A stretch of 64,000 nucleotides of DNA from Zancudomyces culisetae HAW-14-8 (taxonomy: Eukaryota; Fungi; Kickxellomycota). The stretch spans positions 2,170,001 to 2,234,000 of the forward strand of contig JBNJNM010000012.1 of NCBI GenBank assembly GCA_052426225.1, written 5' to 3'. Shown here in pieces: positions 10,357 to 22,152 of this stretch. How positions within the stretch are numbered: the first letter of the stretch is position 1; the number at the start of each line of letters is the position of its first letter. The position numbers and the translations under genes are program-made. The notes below the pieces were generated by a model. It made no database searches. It worked only from the letters and a program-made list of their open reading frames with translations, and was not told the DNA's origin.

Positions 10357-12010
10357 CTATGAGCTAGGCTTGATACTTTTGGGGGCAATTTTTAAAAGCT
10401 TTTCAGTCTCAGAATCAAGCTTCTTATCTGTGATAACGAGCTTGGGATTCCATGTAGGACCTTGAGTCAGGCGGTCAAGACCATTCTCCGTAACCAGAAC
10501 AGTAAATGAAACCTGGGCTACACTGCTTCCATCTTTTTCTTCAACCACCTCGTATGCGTCTAACACCTTTGACTTGACACATTCAATCACACCCATCCGG
10601 GCTTTACGTTCATCCCCACAGGATCTCAGAGTAAAAGGGAACGCCCCAAAGTTTGTAGTAACTTCGGAATAAAAGGCCCTTGCTATTTTCATTTTTAACT
10701 GGTAGTTTGTGGTTGATTTCTTGAAGAATGTTGTTCTAGTCTCTGAAGGCTTGGTTTTTGCTGATCCACCAGACACAAACAAATCAATCATGTAAACGTC
10801 ACCAACCTCAATTCGGTTAGCAACTACTTTTTTTCTCTGATCCTCATTTGGGTTTAAAGCTATGTACTTGTCACCATCGATAATATTTTGCATTTGGTTA
10901 TTGCAAAGTGATCCTTCCAACGGCTTGCATCCAAATGTTTCGGTAATGCGTTGGGCAACGGCTGAAATTTCAGTAGACTAAAAAAGCAGTAATGGAAGTT
11001 AGCCCTAATTCACTCTAACTACAAACAGACAAAGTTGAAAAAGTGTTGGTTACCAAATTTCCTGGCTTTAGCATACGAAGGATTCCTTCAGAAGCATAAT
11101 ATGCTGCAGCTAGCAGATCGGCTTTTGCTCCTGTAACTGGGTTTGCCTAGTGGTTGATAAGTTGTTCATTTGTTTGATTCTCCATTTTATTTTATTTTCA
11201 CTTTTATAGTTTTGTAGAGGTAGAAATATATACAGGTATTCCGTGGATGGATGTATGAAAATGCGCAACACTAAGCGGTTTATTCTTTTTTTAAAGAAAA
11301 CAAAATAGAAATTTCTTACCTCACTAGCACCAACTACAACTGTATGGCCAAGAACAGCAGCGTATCCATCAAAATGTGCTCCCAGTTGCCTATTTTAATT
11401 GATATTTTAGTACATGTACATCTTTCTTGATTGTATAAACTTACACTTTAACAACATCTCCGCCTGCAAGCGGTTTTAACAATTCTGCTTCACTCTCCAG
11501 GGGTGAAAAATGACAAACAATATTGTTGACGGCTATACTTGTCGGATATGATATGCCTACGTTTTTTCAATAATGGTTTACAGCAATTAGAGGCGACCTT
11601 GTGCTAGAAATTGATACTCCACACCCCCCCTCCTATTATCTACTATTGGCTTTAGTTGAAATTACACGTGCTAGTATATTTAGTACATTACCTTTGAGAA
11701 ATTTAGCCTTTCCATACTCTTTTTTCGTCATTTCGACTATGGTCTCATCCCCCAGTTTACACAAATCCAGAATGCTTGCTCCCTCTTTGACGGCATCAAT
11801 GACCTTTTTGACGGCAGCTATATTACACCAATATTATGTTTACAAACAAATCATCAGTTTTTTTATGCTATCAGAAATAAAGATGAGAAAATTACCGTTG
11901 GCAACTCTGGCAGCAGTCTTATATTTATCTCTCACAACACTGTCATTCAATGAATTAGGGTTGTCTGACTTTTTTGCAGCAGATTGGTTGGAGACTGTTG
12001 GCTTCGTCAT
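10357..12010 (-). CDS. PA2G4: PA2G4/Ebp1/Cdb4 curved-DNA-binding protein (M24 fold), 6 exons, about 378 aa
   Basis: Exons 12010-11896, 11817-11692, 11556-11445, 11389-11320, 11146-11054, 10977-10357 join in frame at GT-AG introns. Motifs [50 protein letters not shown]. Confidence 0.92.
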
Positions 12011-14328
12011 TTTTTTCAGTGTCTGAAGTAAGTTACTTTGAAAGTGTGCTATTATTCTTTTTATTTTTTTAAAAAAAATCTCGATGTTAAATCTGAGTTT
12101 AGAACTGAAAAAGCGAGTATTGTAATGCTAAAGAACAAACTATCATAATAAAAGTAAACAGGAAAATTCATTTTCATTTTCATTTTATTTCGGCGTTTAG
12201 TTAATTCGTTCGATTAACCAATGGATCCTACAACACATTGAATATAAGAAAATATTGGTTGTTAACTTGCTCATAAATTTGTTGATTTATTGCGCGGAGG
12301 TTTTTACCCGCTTTATTTGGGCAAAACTTGCAGCATAGTATTATAAATTGCGCACAAGGTGTGGGATTGAATAGGGTGCTGCCAAGGCTGTATTACCCTA
12401 TCCCCGCAATCCTTGCTTTTGACATTTAGCAAACTACTTGACAGAGAACAAAAAAAGTATGTGCTAAATGGATGTATAAATTTTAGTGGTTTGATAGGGA
12501 GCGAAAGATGAAGTAAGGGGGTGGGGTAAAATAAGGTAGGGTTATGGCATTTTCAGATCCTAGTACAGCTCGCTTATACAAAAAAAAGATGAACATACCT
12601 AGAAAGTCAGTTTCTAGTGTAAAGTCAATAGAGTCCATCTTAGCATTTTTTTTTCTGGGCAGACAGCGTTAAACAAGACACTCATATAAGTACAAATATC
12701 AATCAAATAGTATGTATTTAGAAATGGGGGAGCGGGTCCCAGACTTTGGCATTATGAGGATGGCATTTGTTTTGTTTTTTTTTCTGTGTTATTGATTCTT
12801 CTTTAAAAGTTTTCAAGATAAAGTGCATAACAATAATACAAATATGTATGTGATATTTGTCTGGCTCGTAGTACGTTATTTGGTCCCGAAAAAAGTTTAA
12901 ACGCCTCTTTCAACCTGGACAAACAGGATACAAATCTTTAGTCGTTGATGCTGATGTTTCACAAAATATGGCCAATGATAATATTGGTAATAATGGAGAC
13001 AGTATCATTAGGGCAATATGTTTTACAAATAGATGTATGCCGAAGCTAAAGCAAATACTATACAGTGTAGTTTGTGCAAGCCCTGTGTGTACCCCTGTCT
13101 AGTGTAGAGTAAAATTCAACGAATACTTGTGCTTTCAACAGATATGAGACGATACTTGTGGAAAATGCTCTAAAACTTGATGGTTAAAATTAGAAGCATT
13201 GACTTTTCCAGATCTGCAAGGCGCAATTTCCTATTGACCTCAGCAATAATTTTACTGGGTTTAGAGAAACCGTAAACTAGAGGGGTAGTTTTCAAAAATA
13301 AAATAAAATGAAAAGATACAACGTCAATGTAAAAGATATGGTCGATTTAGGTATCCCAATGTTGGGGGGATGGCTACAACAACTATCTGGCTTTTTTTTT
13401 TGAATTATTAGCAAAAGTATGACCTATTATTACCTGAATAGAAGGCCAGTTAGTAGTGGTATCTTAGTTTACTACTAGCTCTGCTTTCATTGTTACTGCT
13501 GTTTATATTTTTAATTTTTTTTGAGCTTTTAAATTCTGCGAGACGTTTTCGTGGAAAAAAAGCCAGCTATACCTGACAATTTTCGTGCATTTTGAACTAT
13601 AAATCAAAATACATTTGTTTTTAACACCATCATTGCTTGTTCGGAAAAAAAAGTTGGAATGTGGAGGTAGTTTTACCTTTCCATAGTTAACAAGGAAAAC
13701 ATTATATTAGACAATATATAGTGCGAAAAATAAAAAGTTACAATTTGGGGAATGGAAACAATGAATGAGGCTATTTTGAGTTGTCCTATTTTAAAATCCT
13801 GAATATCATTGATTATGATCAACTCTAGTCTAGGAAAAAGTTTATGTTTTGGGAAATAGGTGATATTTTAATGATAAAAATAAATACACTATCTGTCCTA
13901 ATGCTTTAAAGTGTTGATATCATTGAATGGGCTAATAAAACTCGGAAGGCTGAGATAATGAACACAAGACTTGTATAACGGAAATGTCCTACTTACGCTT
14001 TTTAAATGCTATTTTCCCAACTACTAGATCCGTTTTTATTAAATCGCAAACGATGTATACCGTTTCGTTACCGTTCAGAGCCAGTGGAACTAATTTTTGG
14101 ATTTTTCATGCGTAGTTGCCTAACTAAACTTATTTTGGGTTAGTGATAGTGTTGGTGATAGTGGTAGTGGTAGCGTATGTCATAAATACAGAGAATTTAA
14201 ATTTATATATCACCCCGAGGCCATCGCATGATACACACTTTCTTTATAAAAAAACAGAAGATCAAATCCTGTACATACAATAATCTAAAACCTTCCAAAG
14301 GTACAGGTAGAAAGCATACAAAAATAAA

Positions 14329-16470
14329 ATGGCAAGACTAATGCGGATTCTATGCACAACCTTAGCGCTTAACAGTTTGTATTTATTAGGCGTTTCGGTT
14401 TCTCAAGATACTTACGCGGTGGAAGCAAGTAGAGACAGTTGCGGAAAGTCAGTAGAAAGCGATATAGATACAAAGATAAAATATGTAGATCATGAATGTA
14501 CTTGTGATCACACAAAAAGATACACAGGAAAAAATGCCGCTCAGAAGCGGGATATAGCGCCCGGAGGTGATGTTACGACAGTTGTTGTTACTGTTACAAC
14601 ATATTTAACCACATACATAGCCAATACCGAAGAGAATGCAAGCCAATCATACAGTTATTATCTAGAGTCAGAAGTGTTAGTCTCAGAGACACCATATACA
14701 TATTCTGGTATAAACTATACTCCTACAGACAAGTATGAGCAAACTGTAACTAGAACTGAACAAAGCTTTGAGCAAGCATATAGTGAGAGCGTAGAGTACA
14801 CAAGCGTTGCTGCGTCATCATACCAACTTTTATACACATCTACAGATATAAAAGACGCATACCAAAGTAAAGAGGAGCGTGTCTTGGAAGAATCAGGCAG
14901 TTATATGGAGGATACCTACGAAAAGGCAACCAATGCGGTTTCAAGCTACTACGAGAATGAGAGTGCTACGATAGCAACTATGCCCGTTTCAACAGAATAT
15001 CTATATACACAAGCATTGACCTATCCAGAAAATACCCATTCTACTGCAAGGTATAAAAACATGCTATCCTCAATGGGTTCAGCTTTAAATGCATACATCA
15101 GCACAGCACCAGTGCGTTTGTTGAACTCAGCAGCAAAGAATTATGTATATACGAAGGTAGCCGGGAGCACAGCAGAGGCATATAGGTCAATCGAATACCA
15201 CTCATCTCAAGTTGATTCATCTGAGCAAACATATGAACCCGCTGAAAGTTACGCATCATCTGAAGAGTATACACCAACCCAAACATACGCACCAGTCACA
15301 AGTTATACCCCAGTCACAAGTTATACACCAGCTACAAGTTACGCATCAGCTACAAGTTACGCACCAGTCACAAGTTATACCCCAGCTACAAGTTACGCAT
15401 CAGCTACAAGTTACGCACCTGCTACAACTTACACACTGGCTACAAGTTACGCATCAGCTACAAGTTACGCACCAGTCAGAAGTTACGCACCAGTCACAAG
15501 TTATACCCCAGCTACAAGTTACGCACCAACCCAAAATTATGCATCAGAAATAAGCTACACAATTGAATCTGCACAGAAAATGTCAACTGTGTACACACAG
15601 TCGTCCCAAAGTGCCACTTCATTCAGTGCATATGAGTATTCCAGCTTTCCAGATTCAACTAGGATGTATACGGTTTCATATTCAGCACAAGAAACTTCCG
15701 AGTATATATCTAGCAATAACCAGAGAGCTGTTTCGATAAAGCTGAGTACTTACAGTGACATTAATCTAAGCATGGATACGAGTTCACCCTCACCAGTATA
15801 CTCAGAGAACTATTACTCCACAACACAGACTACAGGCTCAGATGAAAAACCATACTCAAAAACAAGCATGTCAGAAAACTCCACAGAGGTTCTATTGACA
15901 ACAAGTGACACCACTATGGAACTCAGCGGTTATGATATCACAGCTATAGAGAGTAGCTCAGGTTACTCTACGGGAGTCGTGTCAAGCACGTCTGCTGATG
16001 AAATCACTGTTTCAAGCGAAAGTTATTATATCCCCCTTCCCTCAAAAAAGTCTATGACAAGTGATAAGTCCAGTGACGATAACATTCTTTTAAGCGAAAG
16101 TGACTATATCTCTCTCCCCTCAAAAGAATCTACAACAGATAGCAAATCTAGTGATGATACTACTCTTTCAAGTGAGGATGATTATATCTCCCTTCCCTCA
16201 AAAAAGTCTATGACAAGTGATAAGTCCAGTGACAATAGCACTCTTTTAAGCGGAAGTGATTCTATCTCCCTTTCCTCAAAAAAGTCTATGACAGGTGATG
16301 CTATGGATAAGAATAAGCGGTTAACTGGTTTCAAGTCAGCAACAGGAAGCTTGCAAAAGGACAAGTCCAGTTCTGAATCGGAATCATCGGCAGGTGTCAT
16401 TAAAAGACATTCGACTGTAGCTCTAACTATCACCTCATTTTTATCTATATTTATATTTAGTTTGGTTTAA
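14329..16470 (+). CDS. Secreted Ser/Thr/Tyr-rich repetitive cell-surface protein, probably GPI-anchored (adhesin/mucin-like)
   Basis: Signal peptide, short Cys-containing N-terminal domain, KR dibasic site, two internal repeat arrays, hydrophobic C-terminal tail. Confidence 0.85.
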   Translation: MARLMRILCTTLALNSLYLLGVSVSQDTYAVEASRDSCGKSVESDIDTKIKYVDHECTCDHTKRYTGKNAAQKRDIAPGGDVTTVVVTVTTYLTTYIANTEENASQSYSYYLESEVLVSETPYTYSGINYTPTDKYEQTVTRTEQSFEQAYSESVEYTSVAASSYQLLYTSTDIKDAYQSKEERVLEESGSYMEDTYEKATNAVSSYYENESATIATMPVSTEYLYTQALTYPENTHSTARYKNMLSSMGSALNAYISTAPVRLLNSAAKNYVYTKVAGSTAEAYRSIEYHSSQVDSSEQTYEPAESYASSEEYTPTQTYAPVTSYTPVTSYTPATSYASATSYAPVTSYTPATSYASATSYAPATTYTLATSYASATSYAPVRSYAPVTSYTPATSYAPTQNYASEISYTIESAQKMSTVYTQSSQSATSFSAYEYSSFPDSTRMYTVSYSAQETSEYISSNNQRAVSIKLSTYSDINLSMDTSSPSPVYSENYYSTTQTTGSDEKPYSKTSMSENSTEVLLTTSDTTMELSGYDITAIESSSGYSTGVVSSTSADEITVSSESYYIPLPSKKSMTSDKSSDDNILLSESDYISLPSKESTTDSKSSDDTTLSSEDDYISLPSKKSMTSDKSSDNSTLLSGSDSISLSSKKSMTGDAMDKNKRLTGFKSATGSLQKDKSSSESESSAGVIKRHSTVALTITSFLSIFIFSLV
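15268..15545 (+). repeat. 18-bp coding tandem repeat (YAPVTS / YTPATS / YASATS)
   Basis: About 15 units built on acaagttacgcaccag/atcag. Confidence 0.92.
16012..16299 (+). repeat. 78-bp (26-aa) coding repeat, about 3.7 copies (YISLPSKKSMTSDKSSDD...)
   Basis: cttccctcaaaaaagtctatgacaagtgataagtccagtgac recurs identically in units 1 and 3. Confidence 0.9.
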
Positions 16471-17257
16471 TTTATTCGCTCTGTTTTATTAATAATAATT
16501 GTATAAACAAAAAAGAACTACAACTGAAAAGACAAGTCAGGGATGTTAATACAAGTGATGGCAAATTATGATAGCCCGTGTGTAGGCTGATAGGCAAGTT
16601 TGATGCCATATAGTGGATTCGGAAACAGTAAGTAGAAAAGGCCGGCCTCTTGCACAAAAGCTCGGATTTACTGGTTGTTATTCTTCATTTTTTTTGTAAA
16701 AAAAAAGTTTATTCAGTTACAGCACCTTGCTTTTCTTTGACGAGGTGTAAGAAAAAAAAGTCTAATTGATATTTTAATCATTTTAGTTGAGATTTTGAAT
16801 GTGGCTATTTCGCTAGGTTATCGAGACTGCTGATAAAAAAAATTTTTTTTTGGCCAAATCATGAGTAAAATCAGAAAAAAGAGAGAAAAGGAGAGAAAAA
16901 GAAAGAAAGAAAAAGAAAGAAAAAAAAACTGCAAATCGATTCGCTTGGCGGCTAACATATATAAGGAAGCTTTTGAAATAAGAGTTTAATATTTAAGCGC
17001 CTTTTTTTTACCCTTGAAATATGAAATCGAGTCAACAAGTTTGTAAATAAATCTGGACTAGAACGAAAGTAACGGTTTCTTAAAGCACCAAATTTCTGCT
17101 ATAAAAAAACAAGGGCAATATTACGTTTTTCAACATCAAGCACCAAATATTCGATTCGAAGATTAAAGATCAACCAAAAATTGGTGCATTTTACACTCAT
17201 TTAAGATTTTAAAAGGCAGATACCACAAAACTTGGGTTGAAATTTTATAATACCACT

Positions 17258-19316
17258 ATGCTTACAAGAAATAAAGTGTTAGCCAAAGCAGTGAGCTGCA
17301 AAAGCTTAATAAACCATAGTGCAACCGACATTGGCACAGCCGCGAGACAATTTCACGTTTTTAGAGCGAGTTTTAGTTGCCTTCATAGTAAGAATGTCGG
17401 AAAACCAGGTAAGTATTCATATTGTTTTAAATCAACAATTATCTATCCTATACTTCAGAAACGACAATACGAAAAGAGCCACTATTCTCAAAAGCACAAC
17501 TAAAAAGCAAGTATTATAACACTAACTAGCAGGTGCATTTGGGGCAAGAGCATTCCATAATAGCGCCCCCAGATTGGCACAAGACTATTACGAGATATTG
17601 GGTGTAGGGAAAGATGCCAAACTCTCAGATATAAAAAAGAAGTACTATGAGGTAAGGGCGATTGAATACTGGTATCTGTGGTCAAACGCATAAGCTGGGC
17701 CTTACTTTTGTGAAATAAAATAATAGGAAAATGCTAATAGTAGTGATAGTTGTGGTATATTTTGAACAACTTTACAAAACTAACAGAATAAAAAATAATA
17801 TAAATAGTTGGCAAAGAAATACCATCCTGATGTAAACAAGGAAGCAGGATCGAAGGAAAAGTTTCATAAAATTCAGGAAGCTTATGATGTAAGAATGCTA
17901 TATTAGTCTATATATATGTTGATATAAGTAATAACAAATATGGATACATAAAAATTCCCATTTAGACATTATCCGATCAAGATAAACGATCAAACTATGA
18001 CCAGTTCGGTACGGCAGATCCTTCACGTGAGTATTATTATCTCTTATTCTTTTTTTGTTTCTATCACAACTTTTATTATTTTGTAATAAAAGGAAAAGTC
18101 TATGTGTAGAACATTTACTTAATTGGGTTAAAAAAAATCTAATTATCATAGAAGGATTCCCAGGTGGTGGTGGTGGATTCGGAGGCGGTTTTCCAGGCGG
18201 GTTTCCGGGTGGGGGATTTCAGGGCGGCTTTAGCGGAGGCTTTCCATCAATGGACGAAATATTTTCGCAAATATTCGGAAATCAGGCTGGAGGAAGGACA
18301 AGAAGAACCAGAAGCGGAGGACCACAGACACGTGGTAGTTTTTCCGATATAGGAGAGGACATCCAGCAAAGCATAAGAATAACATTTAACGAAGCAGTAA
18401 ATGGCGCAAAAAAGACCATAAGTACAACACCAGTGACAGAGTGTACTACATGTCATGGAAACGGTGTCAAGGCAGGTGCAAAGTCAGTTGTTTGTCCGGG
18501 ATGTAAAGGAACTGGCCACCAGGTATATTCATTGGGTGGATTCCATGTACAGCAGACTTGCGAAAAATGCCACGGAAGTGGCGAAGCTATTGATAAAAGG
18601 GACGTGTGTGGTAGCTGTGATGGTGCTGGGGTGGTACGGGGACGCGAAAGCGTACAAGTTGAGATCCCAGCGGGTTGCGAAGATGGAATGATCCTTGAGG
18701 TACGAAATAAAGGGGATGCGCCAATTGAGGGCAAAGGTCCGCGCGGCAAGCTTTTGGTTTTGATCAGAGTGACACCAAGTCCTATCTTTGTGCGTAAAGG
18801 TAGTGATGTGTATTACACCGCGGATATCCCACTAACCACCGCGCTATTGGGTGGCGAAATCACGATGCCTACGGTTTCAGGCAATGTGGATGTGAAAATA
18901 AAATCAGGCGCCCAGCCAGGAGACGAGCTCAGGCTTAGAGGAAAGGGAACCAAAAAAGTGAGAGGTACCGGGCATGGTGATTTCTATGTAAAGCTGAAAA
19001 TCAATATTCCCACAAAACTCACTCCAGAGCAACAAGACTTGGTCAGAAAGCTCGATGATAGCTTGAATAACAGATCAAGTTCGTCAGAATCGTCATGTTC
19101 AAGCTCCCACCGGTCTGGCTCAGGTTAGTTATTTTTATATTTCGTAATCAAGATACTTTTACCCCATCTCATGCCACCAATATCACGCATACTTACTTAT
19201 GACTTTACGTATTAGATAAATCTGCTCCGGAGTCAACAAAAGATACCAAGCATGAAGGTTTCTTTTCCAGATTGAGGCACAATTTAAATCCCTTTGACCG
19301 TAGCAAAAAGAAATAG
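17258..19316 (+). CDS. MDJ1: Mitochondrial type I DnaJ (Mdj1-like), 6 exons, about 494 aa
   Basis: Exons 17258-17408, 17533-17651, 17808-17888, 17966-18026, 18152-19123, 19216-19316. Basic presequence, DYYEILGV...YHPD J-domain, G/F-rich region, four CxxCxGxG repeats, DnaJ C-terminal domain. Confidence 0.92.
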
Positions 19317-19646
19317 TTTTGGGGTTTTTCTTGTGTTTTCCCTGCTTCTATTACTATTTTTCTAGATTTTTTCTTTCTTTACGTGTTCCATCTTCAACTG
19401 CGAACTTTCTCCTTTTTATTTTGTATATTCTCGTAGGGTAATAATTCTTGAAGATATACAAGATATATAAAATAAAATAAACGTCTTTATTAGAGCCATT
19501 TCATCTGGATATAACAACAAGAAAGGTGTATATGTAAACTACTGAAAAAATCACTCCACACACTGGCTTGTTCGCTCACCTACGAGAAAAATAAGGTGAT
19601 GGTGCTGGTGCTGGTAGGTTTGCAAGGTCAATTACATGTGACTGGT

Positions 19647-20711
19647 TCAAGGTCCAAAGAGCCTGTTTCCACAATCACCGATTCCAGGCTCAATGGATCC
19701 ATTCGAGCTTAGTGTTTCATCTATGGCTGCCGTATAGTATTCTACATCTGGATGCGAATGCCTCAGCTTATCAAGGCCAGCTTTCGATGCACAAACAGTG
19801 ATGAATTTGACTTTTTTATCGCTCTTACCAAAGCCATCAGCATTTTTGCACCAACTTTTGACAATTGAAATTGCAGCATCGGCTGTACTTCCGGTGTCTA
19901 TTACAGGGTCCAATATTATGCATTCATCTACATTACACTCTGTTGGCAGCTTGCTGTAGTATTCGACTGGATGATCCGAGTACTATTAAATGTTTTTTAC
20001 TTTTTATGTTTAGTCCATGTATATCAGTGATGTTTATTGATAACCGGGTATTCAAAATATTGTATAAAAACCAACCTTTTCGTAAAAAATACCGATATGG
20101 TGAACCTGCGCCTCTGGTAACACATTTAGTGCAGCTAATTTGTGGTAATTATACGTTTGTATACATCCCTTTACTGAATATTGTGCTGGTGCTTGTTTAC
20201 CGTTTAGCACATAAAAAAAAAGAAGCATAAAAAAACATATTTTATGAAAACTGTGGCGGGCTTACGTTCAAGCATAGCGGTTCCTGATCGAAGTATAGGC
20301 AACAGGGCAGCCTTTGTTTTAATATACTTTCCATAGAAACTGCTCGCTGGACTATATACCTATACGTATGTTTACACATATGGTTATAACTATGACCATC
20401 AATCCTAAAATGCGTTGATTGTTAAATATATATTACTCAGAATGATACTCCATCCCCCGCTCTCTTCTACCCTAACCCAGAATAGGGCTAATGTTTTTAA
20501 CTAAAATAAAGCTTGTGTCAATCGATAAAAGCGTGTGTTTATTTACTTTTTCGTCAGAGGTAAAAAGGTTCATATCTCTGCTGGCTTCGTAGACTAGTAA
20601 GGCAGATATTTCTGCAAGTAATAGTCTATATTCACGGCTCCGCGTTTCTTTATTCCTCAGGACACTTAGTTTGTGCTGTACAACTGGATGCTCAATTAGT
20701 TTAAGACTCAT
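19647..20711 (-). CDS. Uracil phosphoribosyltransferase (Upp-like, divergent), 4 exons, about 217 aa
   Basis: Exons 20711-20547, 20359-20266, 20134-20076, 19982-19647 join in frame. HPVVQHKLSVLR, LPILRSG, HHIG...PVEYYSKLP, LDPVIDTGST, IEPGIGDCGNRLFG. Confidence 0.9.
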
Positions 20712-21350
20712 TTTTATTCTTCTTTGCTGTTTGGCGCTGTTATTGAGGGAAAAAAACAATTAAGGCTTTTATCAGTACCTAGCAACTAACTACAGGTATA
20801 TAAATAAAACGGCTATGTTGTTATAAAATATATTATAACCGTGCTTAGGAAAGTAGAGTGAGTTTTGGTAATATGATACTGTTTCTATTAAACCAAGCTG
20901 AAGTTTTGCAAGAATATAAAAGTATGTTTTAAAAAATGGTATATTAAAAAGGGGTATTCTCTAGTTTGGAGGTATTTTAAACTAGATTCTCTAGCAGCCT
21001 ACTAACGAACATATCAAACAAACCAGTTTTCCCCTCCAATATTCACAGCCAAAATTGGTGGATGTTGATAAAAACGAACTCTTTGGGACCTCGGCTAGGC
21101 AAATAAAACGTGGGGTCAGGTGGTCTAAATTCTATAACACAAAATGACTCTTATTCGTTATTTGCAGTCATCCAGCCAGCCTAGGATAACTGCTATGATT
21201 ACTTGGAAACGCTAAAAGATGGCTTAGTTTCATTCTTTGGCGAGTTTAGTAATTTCCTTTTTTTTTATAGCTATACATTTTTATTGGTAAGGAAAAACAC
21301 ATACCTAAAAATACCCTTATATACAACCTTCATCCTAAAAAAAAAGAAAA

Positions 21351-21632
21351 ACGACAGCAAGCACTGGCTAAACGGAGAGTGTTCCAAAAGAACAACATAG
21401 ACTCCTGCAACTTTGCGGGAACGGTAATGTTTTAGAAGCATGACTGTAGAATTCAAAATGTTTCCACCCGCATTTGCAGAGCGGAACATAGGAGCACATA
21501 ATACTTGGTATATTTGATATCGAGTATTGTGCACTTAGCCTTTTGATGAGTGGTAATTGTCGTGTAGTGAAAATGCTTAACGTCCTATTTGGTAACTTTC
21601 GCTACCAAGTACTACACGGGACGAGTCAATTT
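21351..21632 (+). ncRNA. Putative structured non-coding RNA, family unidentified
   Basis: At least six abutting hairpins with G-U pairs that favour the + strand, locally higher GC, and no credible ORF. See findings. Confidence 0.45.
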
Positions 21633-22152
21633 CAATAATATAAATTTGCTATACTATTATTTATCTGCGGAAAAGTACAATTTATTAATATATTCACAAT
21701 AAACATATTTAATCTAATTCTATAAAATACATCTATTAAGCTAGCCACTAAAATTGGGATAACTTTAAGTATAGTTTACTATACAACACAATATTTAATT
21801 TTTCGTTTAAAAAGCCGCCTGGTGTATCAACACATTAAATTGCTAGAATTTAATTTTGCGAATTTCTGTTGGCTAAAGGTTCCGACTAAAAGTCGTCAGT
21901 TTGGGTGGTGGGGGGATGGGGATTGGGAAGAGAGAAGGTGGTAAAAAGTTTTTGGAAAAGGAAGAAACGAATTTTGCGCAGTTTTTTTTTTGTTTAGATA
22001 TTTTTAATGATAATTGTAATAGCTGGTTGGCAGCATTTCTACAGATCAATATAATTAGATCCAACATATGTATCTTGGTTGTTGAAGCAGCACACAAACC
22101 AAGGATATAATAAATTGAAATAGAGGAGAGTAGGAAGGAGCATATACACAGA

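Noticed and set aside
15212-15553. Alternative-frame ORF (QVTHQL)n
   Set aside because: By-product of the 18-bp repeat inside the 713-aa gene.
21370-21480. Group I intron P/Q-like (TTGCGGGAA/CCCGCA) and RNase MRP GARAG-loop resemblances
   Set aside because: No R/S (P7) elements and no MRP/P P4 consensus were found.
21530-21575. U2-like (GCCTTTTG...GTGTAGT) or U5 loop-I-like motifs
   Set aside because: Spacing and flanks do not match U2, the loop is GCCTTTTGA rather than GCCTTTTAC, and there is no clear Sm site.
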